Assembly (NCBI GenBank): GCA_973895155.1
Contig: OZ316893.1
Location: 16,460,645-16,524,644 of the forward strand
Direction of reading: 5' to 3'
Source: Marsupella aquatica
Taxonomy: Eukaryota; Plantae; Marchantiophyta
DNA: 64,000 bases
In this document: positions 12,137 to 25,388 of the stretch, piece by piece
Position numbering within the stretch: position 1 is the first letter of the stretch
How the letters are laid out: every line of letters starts with the position of its first letter
Notes under the pieces: model-generated
Database searches by the model: none
What the model was told of the DNA's origin: nothing
Seen by the model: the letters and a program-made list of their open reading frames with translations, nothing else
Program-made: the position numbers and the translations under genes

Positions 12137-15100
12137 ATGCCCGTCACTCGTTCTCAAGCAGCTTACTTGAGGAGATTGACCAGCGAACGAGAAAGTGCAA
12201 CCACGACAAGTTCCGATTCTTCGGACTCGGAAGACTCGCACTCGCCCCGACGTATGAACATACCCCCAGGACCTTCAGGGTCCGGTTTGACCGGTCCTTC
12301 TGCGGTTCCACCACCACCACCACCACCACCACCTATGGCAGCCGCTCCACCGATGGCCCACGCTGCTCAAGCTCCTCCACAAATATTGCAACGATCGCAA
12401 TTTCATTATTGACCTTTCAAGGGGCGTCATGGGGATGATCCGGATGAATGGTTGGATGAGTTTGAAGCCACTGCTAAAGCTAATGGGGAAGATGCCATTA
12501 AGCTAACTGTCCTCCCGAGAGTGATGCGGGGAGAAGCTCGTCCATGGTACAACTCGTTGCCACCCGGGACTACATGGGCACAATTCCAAGCTGCATTGCT
12601 GCAGGAGTTTCGTGCCATTGGATCGGAACAGCGTTCTCTATTAAAGATTGGCCAGCTTCGCATGGGAAAGAAGGAGTCCCTGCGGAAGTTCATTTAGAAG
12701 TTTCAGAAACTTGCGGCCAAGATCCGGCCCAGGCCGGGAGACGTGCTCCAGCTTACATGGTTCCTTCATGGTTTGCCCACGAATATGCAATTCTGGGTAC
12801 GCCAGAATAATCCGATTTCAATGCAGGCGGCCATAGCGTGCGCCGAAAATTTCCGGGAGTCCACCTATAACTCCCGGCGGAGCCAGCGAGCACGCCGCAA
12901 GAAGGGTAAGTACGAGACCTTCAATGACAGTGACTCCGAATCGGACGAGAGGAAGAAGAAATGCAAGAAGAAAAAGAAACATCATTCGACCTCGTCCAGC
13001 TCGGAGATGGAATCCAGTTCGGATTCAGCTTCAAGCACCGGATCCTCTACCTCCAATTCATCAGGAAGTGACTCGGAGAGCGAAAGCCGGAGCAAAAAGA
13101 AGAAGAGACGAGTGAAGGAGGGGAAGATCAAACCCCGGGCGTGAAGAACGATACCAGATCCAAAGGCTGCCAAAGCAGACAAGCTGAACGAAATCACGAA
13201 TCGACTCAAAGCACTGTCAGTACATCTTGCGGAAAAGCCGGTGGAGAAGAAGAAGCCATCTGAGATTTGAGCTCATGCGTGGTGTTCAAAGTGCTTCCAA
13301 TCCGGCCATGTGGTGCAGGAATGCCCAAGGTGGAAGAATCGAGTTCACCAAGTAGAGCTGGATGATGTTGACAACCCGGGTCCCGAATCGGAGTCCACAG
13401 AGTATTTCTTTGAGGACCCTCCTGATTCCGTGTACCAGATTTCAACGGTAGGTCCGCGTAATTTAGCGGGTAGAACTGCGTACCCCTACCCAAACAATGG
13501 CCGGAGTTTCCAGGTTATCAGTAACCCAAGCATCCCTCCTAAGCCAGGGATTTGGCGATCCCCGGTTTGTTATAACTGTGAAAAGCCAGGACACTTTGCA
13601 AGGGAATGCACCGAACCAAGACGTCAGGGAGATGGCCGAGGCACCCCACTATGTCAAGTCTGCAAAACGGAGGCTCATTCCATGGCCAACTGTCCGTTGG
13701 TAATCGTTGCTCGAATGAGCGCAGCTAGACCGGCCCAGGCTGGACCGGCCACGAGCGATGCAGTCGTCCAAATGATTGCTGTAGAATGGCAAGATGACAA
13801 CACCGAGTGGGTGAATTTGGTGGACGTAGCAGAGCACCCTGATCCATTGGATGAGGCCGAGTGCTACCGAGTGTCGACAAGGGCCGAACGGAAGGAAGAG
13901 AAGACGGAGGAGAAACGAAGGAAAAAGCAAGATACTACTCCGGTGCAGCCAGCGATAGATATACCCCCAGAGAAGGACGAGGACTACCGACGGGATGACC
14001 CGAAGCTATTTTTCCCCCACATCGAAGAATTGGTAAAGAAACAGCTGGAGGCCTACGAAGCTCGGGAATACCAAAAGGCAATCGATAAGGACATCAAAGC
14101 AGCCGAGACCGCCCGGCGCCAAGAGCAAGAGGAGCAAGAAAATCAAGAGGAAGCCAAGCTGCAGCCGAAAGAGGATAAAAAGGAGAACTACAATATTAAG
14201 GAAGACGTGAAGAGTTGCCCGGTTACAACGACGGTGGGGCAACTGCTGCAGAACAACCCACAGTATAGACGGCAACTAAGGGAGTTGCTCGTGGGTCGCC
14301 GAAGGAGGAGACTACCTCGAGTTGGGATCGCGGACTGCAACATGATATGCGAGGACCTTGGAGCGCCGGACATCTCGATCGAAATTAATAATTGTACCAT
14401 CAAGATGGTTCTTGTAGACGGAGGAGCGGGAGTCAACATCATGACTGAAGAAACGTCAATCAAGTTAGGATACCTCACGTATCAACCCACAGCCCGAGCT
14501 ATCAGATTAGCAAACGGGGCAAGGGTCCTCCCATTAGGCACGCTCACACGAGTGCTCACTCTGGTGGGAGGGGTGGAGTTCTATCTCAACTTCCTAGTTA
14601 TGAGGCCGGTTTGTCCCTCCTCTTACCCGGTTCTTCTGGGCAGGCCGTGGCTGTACGGTGGCCGCGTAGTCAAGGATTGGGGAAAGAAGGAGCTACGGTT
14701 CGGGGAACCCACCGTACGGGTATCATGGGCAATGGACGATTATCAAGGAGAAACCCCACAAGGACCCGAGGAATATGATTTGGAGACCTTGGAGGAAGAG
14801 GAACTCAATATGATTGAACTCATCTCGTCCCTGTCCGAGGAAGATGTCTTTGGAGTTGAAGCAACCCGCGAAACACATCTCCTAAATTACCCGAGGGCTG
14901 CCATTGAGTCCACCCCAAGCACATCTACTACCGGGGATGAGGAAACGCACGAACAACTCGTCGAGACGGAGGACACGGCTCCAGCTAAGCAGGGAGCCGA
15001 GGCTGCTTCTACCGTTGCAGAGCCTCGTGACCATGAACCAGCCCAACAACCGCCCGAGGCCGAAAACTCGAGACCGAGACATAAGAAACGAGTCTCATGG

Positions 15101-18100
15101 GATCCGTCCATTCCGCAATTGGAGGAAGTAACTCCAATCCCGAGACCAATCCCGGTTCCACCCATGTACGGAGGAGTTCGGTTAGCCGAGCTTGATGCGA
15201 GCCTGGACCCGAGCCTGCGAAACCAAGTTGAAGTCATCAGGAAGGAGCACTACCGGAAGTACACCATTGGGATGGACAAATCTTTTAACCTGGGCCACGC
15301 TCTGACAGGGGAGGCTGAAAAATCCATCCAAGCTTTGCTCAAGGAATATGAAGATGTGTTTGCATGGAGTCATCATGATTTAACAGGCGTCTCCCCCGAG
15401 TTGGGAGAACACACGATCGATCTGAACCTAGGAGCCCATGCGGTAGGGCAGCGACAACGTCGCATGAACCCGAGGTACTCCATCTTAGTGAAGGAGGAAA
15501 TTGATCGTCTCCTCGCCGCCAATATCATCTACCCGGTAATGGCCAGCGACTGGGTCTCTCCCATTGTCATTGTACCAAAGAAGGGAGGTACGGATGGAAA
15601 ACCTAAGATTTGTATTTGTCAGGACTACCGTAAGCTGAACGACGCAACCCGCAAAGACCATTACCCATTACCATTCACGGATATGGTTCTAGATATGGTA
15701 GCCCGAAATGAAATCTATACATTTCTTGACGGGTATTCAGGTTATAACCAAATCTGGATTCGCCTCGCAGATCAGCTCAAAACAACTTTCACTATGGAGT
15801 GGGTGACTTTTGCATTTCGGAGGATGCCTTTCGGTCTGTGTAACGCCCCGGCCATGTTTCAGCGCCTGATGATGAATATCTTCCATGATTTCCTACGGGA
15901 ATTTCTGGAGATATTTATCGATGACTTTGCCATCTTCGGAACCGTTGCCATGCACCCCGAACACCTAAGACGAACGTTGCAACGATGCCGAGATGTCAAC
16001 CTCAAACTACATCCCGCCAAATGCTTCTTCGGGGTAGAGGAGGGGGTGTTACTCGGGCATCGTGTGTCCAAACGGGGCATTGAGGTGGACCAAGAGAAAG
16101 TTGCGGCCTGGATGGCAGTGGTGTTCCCCGTGGATCAAAAACCAGTACGATCCTTCTTGGGCTGCGTAGGGTATTACCGTCGGTTCATTAAAGATTTTGC
16201 TAAAATAGCTTTGCCCCTAACAGAGATGATGAAAAAGGATGCGGTGATCGAGGAGACCCCAAGGAGACGGGTTGCTTTCGAAGAACTCCGTAAAAGACTC
16301 ACCACCGCACCTATCATGGTCACTCCAGACTGGAACAAGGAGTTCCACGTGTATGTCGACGTGTCAGGGTTCTGTATCGGGTCTGTGCTTAGTCAGCTTG
16401 ATACAGACGGACACGATCACCCCATCTACTTCGCTAGTCGACAATTATTCACAGCCAAAAAAAATTATTCCCCCACGGATCGAGAGGCACTGGGCATAAT
16501 CTACTCATGTAAGAAGTTCCTGCACTATCTGCTCGGCTACAAGGTCATCTTCCACACGGATCACGACAGCCTGAAGTACATGGTCAACAAAGTAGACGTA
16601 ACGGGACGAATAGCCCGTTGGGTGCTACTTCTCCAGGAATTTAACTACGAAGTTCGGGTTCGGCCAGGAAAGGCACACCTCAATGTCGACTTCTTTTCAC
16701 GTCTGGACGGCGTACCAGTCGATCAGCCAATTGATGATATTTTTCCGGATGAGGAGTTGTTCCACGTAGGGGAGGGGACACCAACGTGGTACGGCTCGAT
16801 AATCACCTTCCTTTTAACAGGCCGCATCCCTGACGGCATCAATCAGGAGGCCGCCGCTGTGTTTCTACGGAAAGCCGGGCCTTACGTCATGGTACAGGGT
16901 CACCTACATAAGGAAGGAGTTAATGGGAAGTTACGACGCTGCTTGCTGCTTGGAGTATAAGGAGACGCTTATAGTGATGCGGGCCTTGCATGAAGAAGAA
17001 GCTGGAGGCCATTTCGCGGTGGTCACGACAGCCCGAAAGATTCTGGACTCGGGGTATTGGTGGCCGACGTTGCATCGGGATGTACAGCGCTTCATTAAGG
17101 GCTGTGACCTGTGTCAGCGGGCTGGGGCCCCGAGACAGGCTCATCATCACCCTCTCACATCTGTGCTTCCATTGGCACCATTCGAAAAATGGGGAATTGA
17201 TTATATCGGGCCGTTTACTCCGTTACCCGAAGGCGAAGATGCAGGTACATCCTACTAGCTATTGATTACTCCACCAAGTGGGTCGAAGCGCGGGCTACGG
17301 TAAAGGACGATGCCGCAACCAGTGCCAGATTCTTATACGAACAGATTTTCACCCGATTCGGCCCGCCCTTAGAATTGGTAAGCGATCGTGGAACCCACTT
17401 CCTCAATGACACCGTAGCCCAGCTTACGGAGCGTTACCTAGTCAAGCACCGCAAGACTACCCCGTATCATCCTAAAGCCAATGGGATGGCGGAGAGAGCA
17501 AATGGTATCATTGGGAAGATCCTCAACAAAACTGTAGCTGCGCACAAAACAGATTGGGATGATAAGTTGTACGCAGCGGTGTACTCGTATAATCTCGCTT
17601 ACAAAACTACTACGAGTCACAGCCCGTACTTTCTCGTGTTCAGCCAACATTCGTTGGTGCCCGTCGAGTTTGAAGTACACACTCCACGAGTCAGCATTCG
17701 GGATCGCTTACCTGAATCTGAAAGTTCGTCAGACCGAGCTTATCGGATTGAAGCCTTGGAAGAAGCACGGCTACTAGCAGCTCGACACGCCGTGAAGAAA
17801 CAGGCAACTTCAAAGAAGCAGCACGACAAAGGACTACGGAGGGTCGACGTCGTGGCAAGCGATCTAGTCCTTCTGTATGATAGTAGGTACATGTAGTTTC
17901 CAGGGAAGCTTCATACCCGGTGGTTAGGGCCCTTCCTTGTCAATCAGATCTACCGTAACGGATCTTTAGAGCTTGCGACGTATGCCGGCGATTTACTCCC
18001 CATGCGAATCAGCTACGATCGTGTAAAAAAGTACCACCATCAAGATGACGACGCCAAGAGTGATGTTTGCGAGGACGCTTCACAATTAAGCAGGGAGCTA

Positions 18101-18133
18101 TGTGACGCCGCCGGTACGGCGGTTAATGAGTGA
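12137..18133 (+). pseudogene. pol: Gag-Pol polyprotein of element A (Gag with 3 CCHC knuckles, PR, RT, RNase H, INT)
   Basis: ORFs 12137, 12452, 12743 and 13310 share one frame separated by stops. Motifs: CYNCEKPGHFAREC, PR VDGGAG, RT LDGYSGYNQ/MPFGLCNAP/FIDD, RH VDVSG...DREALG, INT GHF...CDLCQR/WGIDYIGP/SDRGTHF. Frameshifts near 16950 and 17220. Confidence 0.93.
18087..18100 (+). promoter_or_regulatory. Polypurine tract of element A
   Basis: aagcagggagcta lies immediately before TGTGACG; the homologous aagtagggggcta occurs in the minus-strand element at ~48157-48169. Confidence 0.7.
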
Positions 18134-18459
18134 TTCGGTCTAACTGCGCTCGGCACGCGCATTAGGAGTGTCTTAGACCACTATTATTAGCATAACGACA
18201 GTATTTAGGTAATCATTATGGGTAGGATATCATTAGGCAATAAGGGGGAATTCAGGTTCAGACTGGCGGTTGGTCGCTATTCGCACACCCAGGTTACAAG
18301 TGTGGAGGGGCCCCTCCCTCGGGTCCGTATAACAAACTTAAGGAAGCGGCCACTGACACGCACTGACTCAGACCGGCGGAGTGGCCGGCACACCACAAGC
18401 GTGAGCGATTCAGCCTATGGGAGTCGAGGAGACGTCGGGGGATCGACAAGCCCTCAAGG

Positions 18460-18466
18460 TATAAAA
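18460..18466 (+). promoter_or_regulatory. TATA box of LTR-A
   Basis: TATAAAAGG lies ~100 nt upstream of ATG 18568 and is conserved in the 5' LTR (~4429) and in the diverged minus copy (~35306-35312). Confidence 0.55.
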
Positions 18467-18567
18467 GGGGAGCCAACCCTTTGTAGTGCACCAGTCCATC
18501 AGTCCACGCGCCAGCTTCAACCCCAGCTCTCTCGTTCGCTCTAAGTTGCCACTACTATCTCCTCTGA

Positions 18568-21210
18568 ATGTCGCACATGATCCTCTCCAGCTCGGCCATT
18601 CGATTCTGGACGCAGTTCCTATCTACCGGAAGGCACTTGGCCGACTCATTGAAACACGCCAACCCGCGCAGATACGAAATCGAATGCGAGTACGAGAGAG
18701 CCATCCGCCTAACAGGACGACACCACTACATCCTTAACTTTGACTACCCGTCTCAGAGCGAGCTTTACCGACCAGCACAGGTATCCGGGTACTTCTTCAA
18801 CGGAGACAAATATATCGGGTTCTGGGAAGCATTGCTTTGGCTTCCGGACGAGGTCTTCAATATCCCGGGTACGATCGACTTGCAGCGACATCACTTCGAC
18901 CACATCCCTGCTCAGGTTCGGGCTATCATCAACAGTGAGTCCAGCACTACCCATTCGACAAGGTCGTCTGCACTCGCTTCGGAGAACTTCTACCAGCACC
19001 TACAGAGCTTCATAGGAACTCGGCCAGCAACCAACATGACCAACTCAGTCGTACCCGTACCCGTACCCGTACCCATACAACCTCAGGCTCAGCTTCAGCT
19101 TCAGCCTCAGCCGCAGCCTAGCCAAACCCCACCACCGATCGCCCAGCCAGCACAAGTACGCTCCGTCATCAACACTGTGGATCTTAGCGATGACGACGAG
19201 GCTACCCTACCCTTGACCAGGCGGCCCAGAGGAACAAGCGCTCAGGGGGCCGACACTATATCGTCCCCACCCCCTGCTCTGACCCCAGGAGCGGTCCCGG
19301 CAGACAACATGGTGACCGTGGCCGACCCGGGCCCGTTACTAACGGCAGTAGCACTACCCAGGCCCGATCGGGAGGATGGGGAGGTGTCACCTTCCCCAAG
19401 CCAGTCACGGGGGAAGAAGAGGAAGGAATCCGCCACTGCATCCGGGTTACCGTTGGCCACGGTAGCCGTGGCCAAGGTGATGATGCACCGCATGGGGGAA
19501 AACATTCACAAAAACATCCTCCATCCCAAGCATGCGGTGTACCTGAAGACTCAGGGATTCGAGCACCTCGCCTCCCTCCCCTGGAACACTTGCAGGTACT
19601 ACGGGGAGGACATGACGGAGTTCGTCAGGAATTATGACGACGAGCGTCAACATACTCGGCTGCGGGGAAGGAGTATGTCCCTCACGGAAGAACGGCTCAG
19701 GATGATCTTCGGGTTACCGGAAGGTGACCATCGAGTCGAATCACGGGCTCCCGGGGGCAAGGGAGCCAAGTACCAATCTTCAAGTTTTCCCTCAGAGGGA
19801 GCAGTGGACAACGGGTTCGTGATGAAGACCTGCCTCATCCCCGAGATAGCTGAGCGACTGGAGTTCCAGAGGTACGCCCTCCACATAATGGAACCCCGGG
19901 GGGAGATCTCCGCCGCCCAGGTTATCCAGGTCGAGAACTATCGACCTAGGAGGTGGGCATCGTACTTCGCTAAGAAATTCCATGAAGAGATGGAGCGGCG
20001 AAGGAAGACGCTGTACATTGGCGGGAAGGCGTATTTCGCTAGCCACATCGAGATCATTCTTGAGTGGTACGCCCGGTTTGATCGACGAACCCTTCCCCGT
20101 GTCAACGTTACAAAGCTGGTCCCAGCTAGGTGGGTTTTCCCGGCCTTGGAGAGACGGCCCCAACCCGAGGCCCGAAGTCCAGCGGACACGCCAGCTTCAC
20201 CCACCCCACCTCCACAAGTAGCTGTAGTCGTAACCGAGGAGGTACCGGATGGGTCGGGTGTCGCAACCATTGATGCGACCCAACAGGCCGAGCTAAGTAC
20301 AGAAGTCGGTACGGCGGAGGTCTTACCCGAGCCTGGTTCTCCCAAAGACCCACCGGTGGCTATTCCGGAGAACCGGACATTGCTACAGGAGGACGCTCCA
20401 GCCCCTTCCAACGTTACGTCCCCAGGGCTGGACGTCACTGCCCCGGCCCCCGCGCGTGTTGACGTCTGCCCGTGCCTAACTCTGGACAGGCACAACCTGG
20501 ACCACCCGGAACTCTTCGTACCGGGTACATTTCTGAATGGGCTTCTGGGAGATTTCTCTCATCAAATTGCCCGGGATACCGGGGAGTTCATGGCCCGGAA
20601 GGTAGCCTATTTCTTCAATGAGGAGTTGGTTGCCGCAGTAAAGGCAGGTCGGGCCCAGTCAGAGGCCCTTCAGAGGATAGAGCGGTACCGGGTGGAGTCC
20701 GTGTACCTAAAGAACGAAGTTGCGGCTCAAGAGGCTGAGCTTCGGCAACTATGACCCAAGGTTGCAGCCGCCGATGAGTTGTTAGCAAAGGCGCACGCTC
20801 TTACCGCCCTAGCCGAACAGGCCAAAGCTAGGAACGAGGCCGAGATTACACGACTCCGGAACCAGATTGACAGTTTGAAGAATCAAACTGTCACCTGGCA
20901 GAAAGACCTGGAGGAGGCCGAGGAACGGGCCCAACGGGACACGGCGGAGATAGCCACGCTGCAGGCCAAGGTGGCACGGCTCCAAACCGAGGCCGAGAAG
21001 TAGGACCAGCTGGCGGGTAAACTGACAAGTGACGCCCAGCAGTTGGAGGAGGCTTGTCAGGAGGCAACAGAGGAGACGGACGCGGCGAGGCGAGAGAACG
21101 AATCTCTACTGGACCAGGTCCAGCTCCTCAAGGCGGACAATGACAGGCTTCGAAGGCAGCGGGATGGCCGCTCCCATTCAGGCGGCTCTGGCAAGCGTGC
21201 CAGGCATTAG
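18568..21210 (+). pseudogene. LTR-A accessory ORF, 3'-LTR copy (880 aa when repaired)
   Basis: The 728-aa ORF continues in frame past TGA 20752 and TAG 21001 (CGA and CAG in the 5'-LTR copy). The EFVRNYD...RGRSMSLTEERLRMIFGLP segment resembles Athila-ORF/plant transposon protein domains; heptad coiled coil at the C-terminus. Confidence 0.85.
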
Positions 21211-22105
21211 CGGCGGAGTAGGAATAGATTAGGATTAGGACTAGCTTAGTCAGGCTCTTGGGACAGGCACCTGCCTTAGGTACAGCATCGCTGCCATGCT
21301 GTCCAGCCTGCATAGATTAGGATCTTCTAATAAGACACAGCCGTTTCCGGCCTGACTGTCAGCTTAGTTAGGACCTTAGTCAGTGAATCTTTGGCGAGAG
21401 GACACCCCGTCCCTCGGCCCTTAGTATTTAGTGCACCCCTTGGTAGAGGCAGGGGGGTTTTTAGTTGCAGAGTTGGGCGTCCGCGGTATGTGCGGGGAGT
21501 CCCGACCTCTGGGAATGAAAGAGTACCAAGGGGAGGGGGTAGGACTAAGCTCGCCGGGCGAGTGCGGAGCCGGGCTCCGTTGTAGTGTGCACCCTCGGCC
21601 TTGAACCTGTTTATTCCGGGGCTGTCGGGTCAACTAAGTGTACGCATATGTTCCCTTTGTAGTAAAAGCCTTTCCCATCATTTTCCTTCGTGTAAATCGA
21701 GATTGTATGCATGTGCGCGTGTATGTGTGTGGGTTTCTCGTATATGGGTGGCAGCGCCAGGCCGAACGCACTACCCGAGACGTGCATAGGGTGCAGCCTG
21801 CAGGTAAGTGGTTGCGAGCACAGGTTGAGGACCTGTATCATCGAATTTGGATCTAAGGCGGACAGCACGAAGGCTTAGAAGCCCTTAAGCCGGGGTCGAT
21901 CCTGCTATCGACTAAGGTACGTTCCGACGGCGGAACACAAACCATACCTAGGAGGTGTCCATATTTAGCAGTATGCGCACTTAGCGCTAGTTTATGAGAA
22001 TAAGGTGCATTACGTGCTTCCCTTCCTGCCCGAACCCTCAGATTTACGAGGGATGTGCCCGTCTAAGCTGAAGTCTGAGTTAAGGCCGCAGCCGATGACG
22101 TGACA

Positions 22106-24440
22106 CTGAGGTGGTTGATGTTGATGACTTCTACTTACTCCACCTATGCAAAAGATAGAGCCATGGAGTACGGGGAGATGTGTGGGGAACTTGCGCTCAG
22201 CATCTTTGGGGAGGAGTTGGAGCAAGGACCCTTTTTCCAGAGGGAGATGTTGGAGGAGCACCGATTAGAAGAAGCGGTGGCTTTGGAGAGAAGCAAGAAG
22301 GACGAGGTCATCCGGCGGCTTAGGGAGATGGAAGCCGAGGTGGAAGACCTGCAAACAGCCAAGAAAGCCCAAGATGAGCTGCGGATTAAGCGGCATGAGC
22401 TAAACATCATGCAAGGACAATTGGATGCCGCTCAGTCTGGCAATCAGATTATCAAAGATAAAGTGACTCGGACCCAAGGAAAGTTGGTCGGCGTTGTCAA
22501 GGATAGGGAAAAGTGGAAGCAGGAGCTGAGGGACGTAGAGGAGGCCCACATAACCACCAACAACCGGGCCATGGCGGAGACTCAAAGAAAGGAGAGGGCG
22601 TTGAAAGGAGAGCTCGAGGATATCCGCGGAGCCCTTGAGCAGAAGGAGGCCGAGTTAGGGAAATCCTATCAAGGGATTATTGCGCTACAACAAGAGCTTG
22701 CGTCCCTGACGGCCAGCTCGACCAGACTTATGCCAAGATGAATAAGATGGAGTCTGAGGTCGTAGCGGAGCTCGACAAGGAGCTAAGAGCAACCCAGGAG
22801 GAGAGGGCTACCTTAAAATTGGAATTGGAGGAAGCCAAAAAGGAGCTGCAGGAGGGACGGAAGGACCTAGAGGAAGCCTAGGAGGAGTTGGAGGAAACCA
22901 CTAGGAAGATGGAGAACTTACAGCGGCGGGCCGACAACCAAACGGAGCGGCTGAAGAAACAGGCCACAGTATTTAAGTGCTTAGCTTCATCTGGTCCAAC
23001 TCCAATTGTGGGAACTCCATTGGGTACTGGCCGAAAGACAAGCCGAGACACACGCCCCGGTGTCGGAGGTAGGTAGCAAGGGGAAGGGACCAGCTACCGA
23101 AATAGGGAAGAAGAAGAAGCGGAAACCTTCTGGGTCTAGGAGTTATACGGCTTACCAAGCCATTGTAACCCAGGAGGTCAATCCGGCACCAACCTCCAAC
23201 ATGGTCATGGCAATAGATCCACCTGTTGAAGAAGGTGGGGATGGCAAGGCCGAGGCCGGAACAGCTATTGATGAAGCCAAGGTACCGGATCCTCCACTAG
23301 AACATGACGGGGAGGCCGAAGCTGTATCGAAGGCCGTGACCGATGCTGAGGCCGAAGCCGAGGGTGGACCCAGTCAAGCCGATGAAGAGTTGACTCGGTT
23401 TGGGGCAGGTAATCTGTCAGAGGACGGACCGACGGCAGTGGCTGCGGGGGAAGCGTTGGGGGCGTCCATTGAGGATCCGCCATCGGTGTCGTGATGATGC
23501 AAGGGCGCTGTTCCTTTTAGGAAGGGTGGACGTGGAGGTAGGAGGCGTGAGTGGGCAGGGTGGGCTTAGATCTCCAAGTTTAGGATTAGGATCAAGACCA
23601 GGAGACGGCCCTGACACTTAGATTAGTGGGATGGCGGATCCACTGGTAGGAGCAACACTTGTGCTCCTGCCTCACTGTACAGTTAGGTAGATTACAGGTA
23701 GGATAGATTAAGCTTACGCAATGAAGTTCTGGACTATCCGCTGCCTGGATAAATACCTGGGCAGCGGGGAGTCCAGGGCCTCTTCTTTAGCAAGTTTTTA
23801 GTTGCACCAGCAGGGCTGGGATCAAGTAGTAAGAGAAGCTCTCGGTTAGTTATACAGTGACCCTTGTGTATATTCATGTTTCCTCATGCCTAAGAACTGA
23901 ATAGAGTTGGCCTCACGGCTTAGTTCGCAGAGCTTGTGTATGAGATGTACTGTTTGTATGGCAAGTGCCTGGTATAACTCAGTCAGAAGGAGTCATTTTG
24001 CTATTTGTGTGTCGCATTAACTTGTGTGAAGAGTGCCCACATCAATGAAGGGAAGTAGCAAGGGAGTGAGAGTTGGATGTGTCGAGCTAAGAGAGGTCTT
24101 AGCGGCTTAACCAAGCCAATTGGGGATCATTCCGGCGGCGGAATCCAAACATACCTAATGGAAGACCAGGAGAGGAATACAAGGGAAGGCCTAGAATAGG
24201 CCGGCTAAGTATCTCATGACCCGATGAAGGATCTGTCCAGTATATGTGTGTAAAATGTTAATAGTAGTAGAAGGAGAGTTAACAGCATCCCATGCCGCTA
24301 AGCCGCGGAAACGGCCTCGCCGAGGACAAAACCTGCAGGAATCGCCTTGAGCAAGGGGGTTTTCTTGGGTTTGGGGAGCCATGGGACGCACCACAGGGGT
24401 ACTAAGCATCGGACGTTGACGACCACTAGCAAAGACGTGA
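22106..24440 (+). mobile_element. Fragment of a related LTR family (C) with a decayed coiled-coil ORF; target of element A
   Basis: Coiled-coil ORF pieces at 22106-23494. Motif ttccggcggcggaatccaaacatacct (~24130) matches LTR-A ttccgacggcggaacacaaaccatacct. Possible end gacgtga at ~24440. Confidence 0.55.
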
Positions 24441-24980
24441 ACCAAAGCTTCGATCACCTACAAAATTCACTGGTATGTTCCGCAGTGCCACTGATTTATT
24501 CAGACTTGAATAGAAAGTTATTCCCGGTTGTTTCTTGGTTCTACATTTATTTTATCAGGTGGAATGTGCTTTGGCAAACAGGGCTTGTGTTTTTGAAGGT
24601 AAAGCATCATTTTTGTTCTGTCATTTCTGCTATAGATATAGGAATTGCTTGCAGGGCCCATCAAATTCAAGGAGACCATTGAGGAAGTGACTGACTCAAT
24701 GGAGACTGCTGGATTTCATCGCTGGCAGTCTAGCACTCTTTGAAGGAGAAGCAGGTTGCCTGTGAGGGGGGGGGGCCTTGGAACTGACACCCAATGGCAA
24801 TGAGTGCTTACAGCCATTGAGTCATACTTGTTGGGTGGTCCTGGTTAGGAGTTTTGGAATGAAGTTTGATCGATCCGAGTGTGTCTGTGAGTAAATTGGA
24901 GACTGTCCACCATACATGTTGAGGAGATTGATTTGAGTGTAGGGCCTAGCCCCGACTGCACATGGACCAAGCACATAGAG

Positions 24981-25054
24981 AAGCTTTGATCAATGGGACA
25001 AGCTTCAACGGGACAAGCTTTGATCAATGGGACAAGCTTCAATGGGACAAGCTT
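24981..25054 (+). repeat. Short tandem repeat (CAATGGGACAAGCTT x4, 15/19-bp units)
   Basis: Directly visible in the sequence. Confidence 0.8.
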
Positions 25055-25388
25055 AACTGACCATGTGCAGATCCCAATCTCTCTTGTGCTTACACTGAAA
25101 TTGGAGTCCTTGCATGCAAAGGGTACGACCCTTCCCACCCGAAAGGAGAAAGTTGCAATGGATCTTGAACTTGTCAATCATCACGAGAAATGGCCGGGAT
25201 GGGGCAAGGCCCTCGTGGGATTGGTCCAGTGAATGTGGTCTTGACAGGTGGGCTGCTTTAGGTCAGTCATGTTAGAAACCCCATTTCTGCCGTCACCACC
25301 AAGATCACAATCAAGCTATGTTTGTTGAAATCCTAGTTAATTACTCACTCCAAATTTCCCTGGCTTTAACAAGCTATGTTGGAGAGGC

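Larger units (their letters stand above)
4304..22105 (+). mobile_element. Ty3/Gypsy non-chromovirus (Athila/Tat/Phygy-like) LTR retrotransposon A, near complete
   Basis: Two ~4-kb direct repeats flank PBS, gag-PR-RT-RH-INT and PPT. The 5' LTR lacks its first ~234 bp, so the left TSD is lost; the right flank is ctgag. Confidence 0.92.
18101..22105 (+). repeat. 3' LTR of element A (4005 bp)
   Basis: Termini TGTGACG...CGTGACA; direct repeat of the 5' LTR. Confidence 0.92.

Noticed and set aside
18568-21210. Retroviral env-like gene
   Set aside because: No clear signal peptide or C-terminal transmembrane segment; the C-terminus is coiled coil with a basic GKRAR tail.
24421-24443. CACTA terminus, or left TIR of the P-like element (partial inverted match to 32143-32166)
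   Set aside because: Only ~17/24 match with a gap, no TSD, no CACTA transposase; the site also resembles the LTR-C end.
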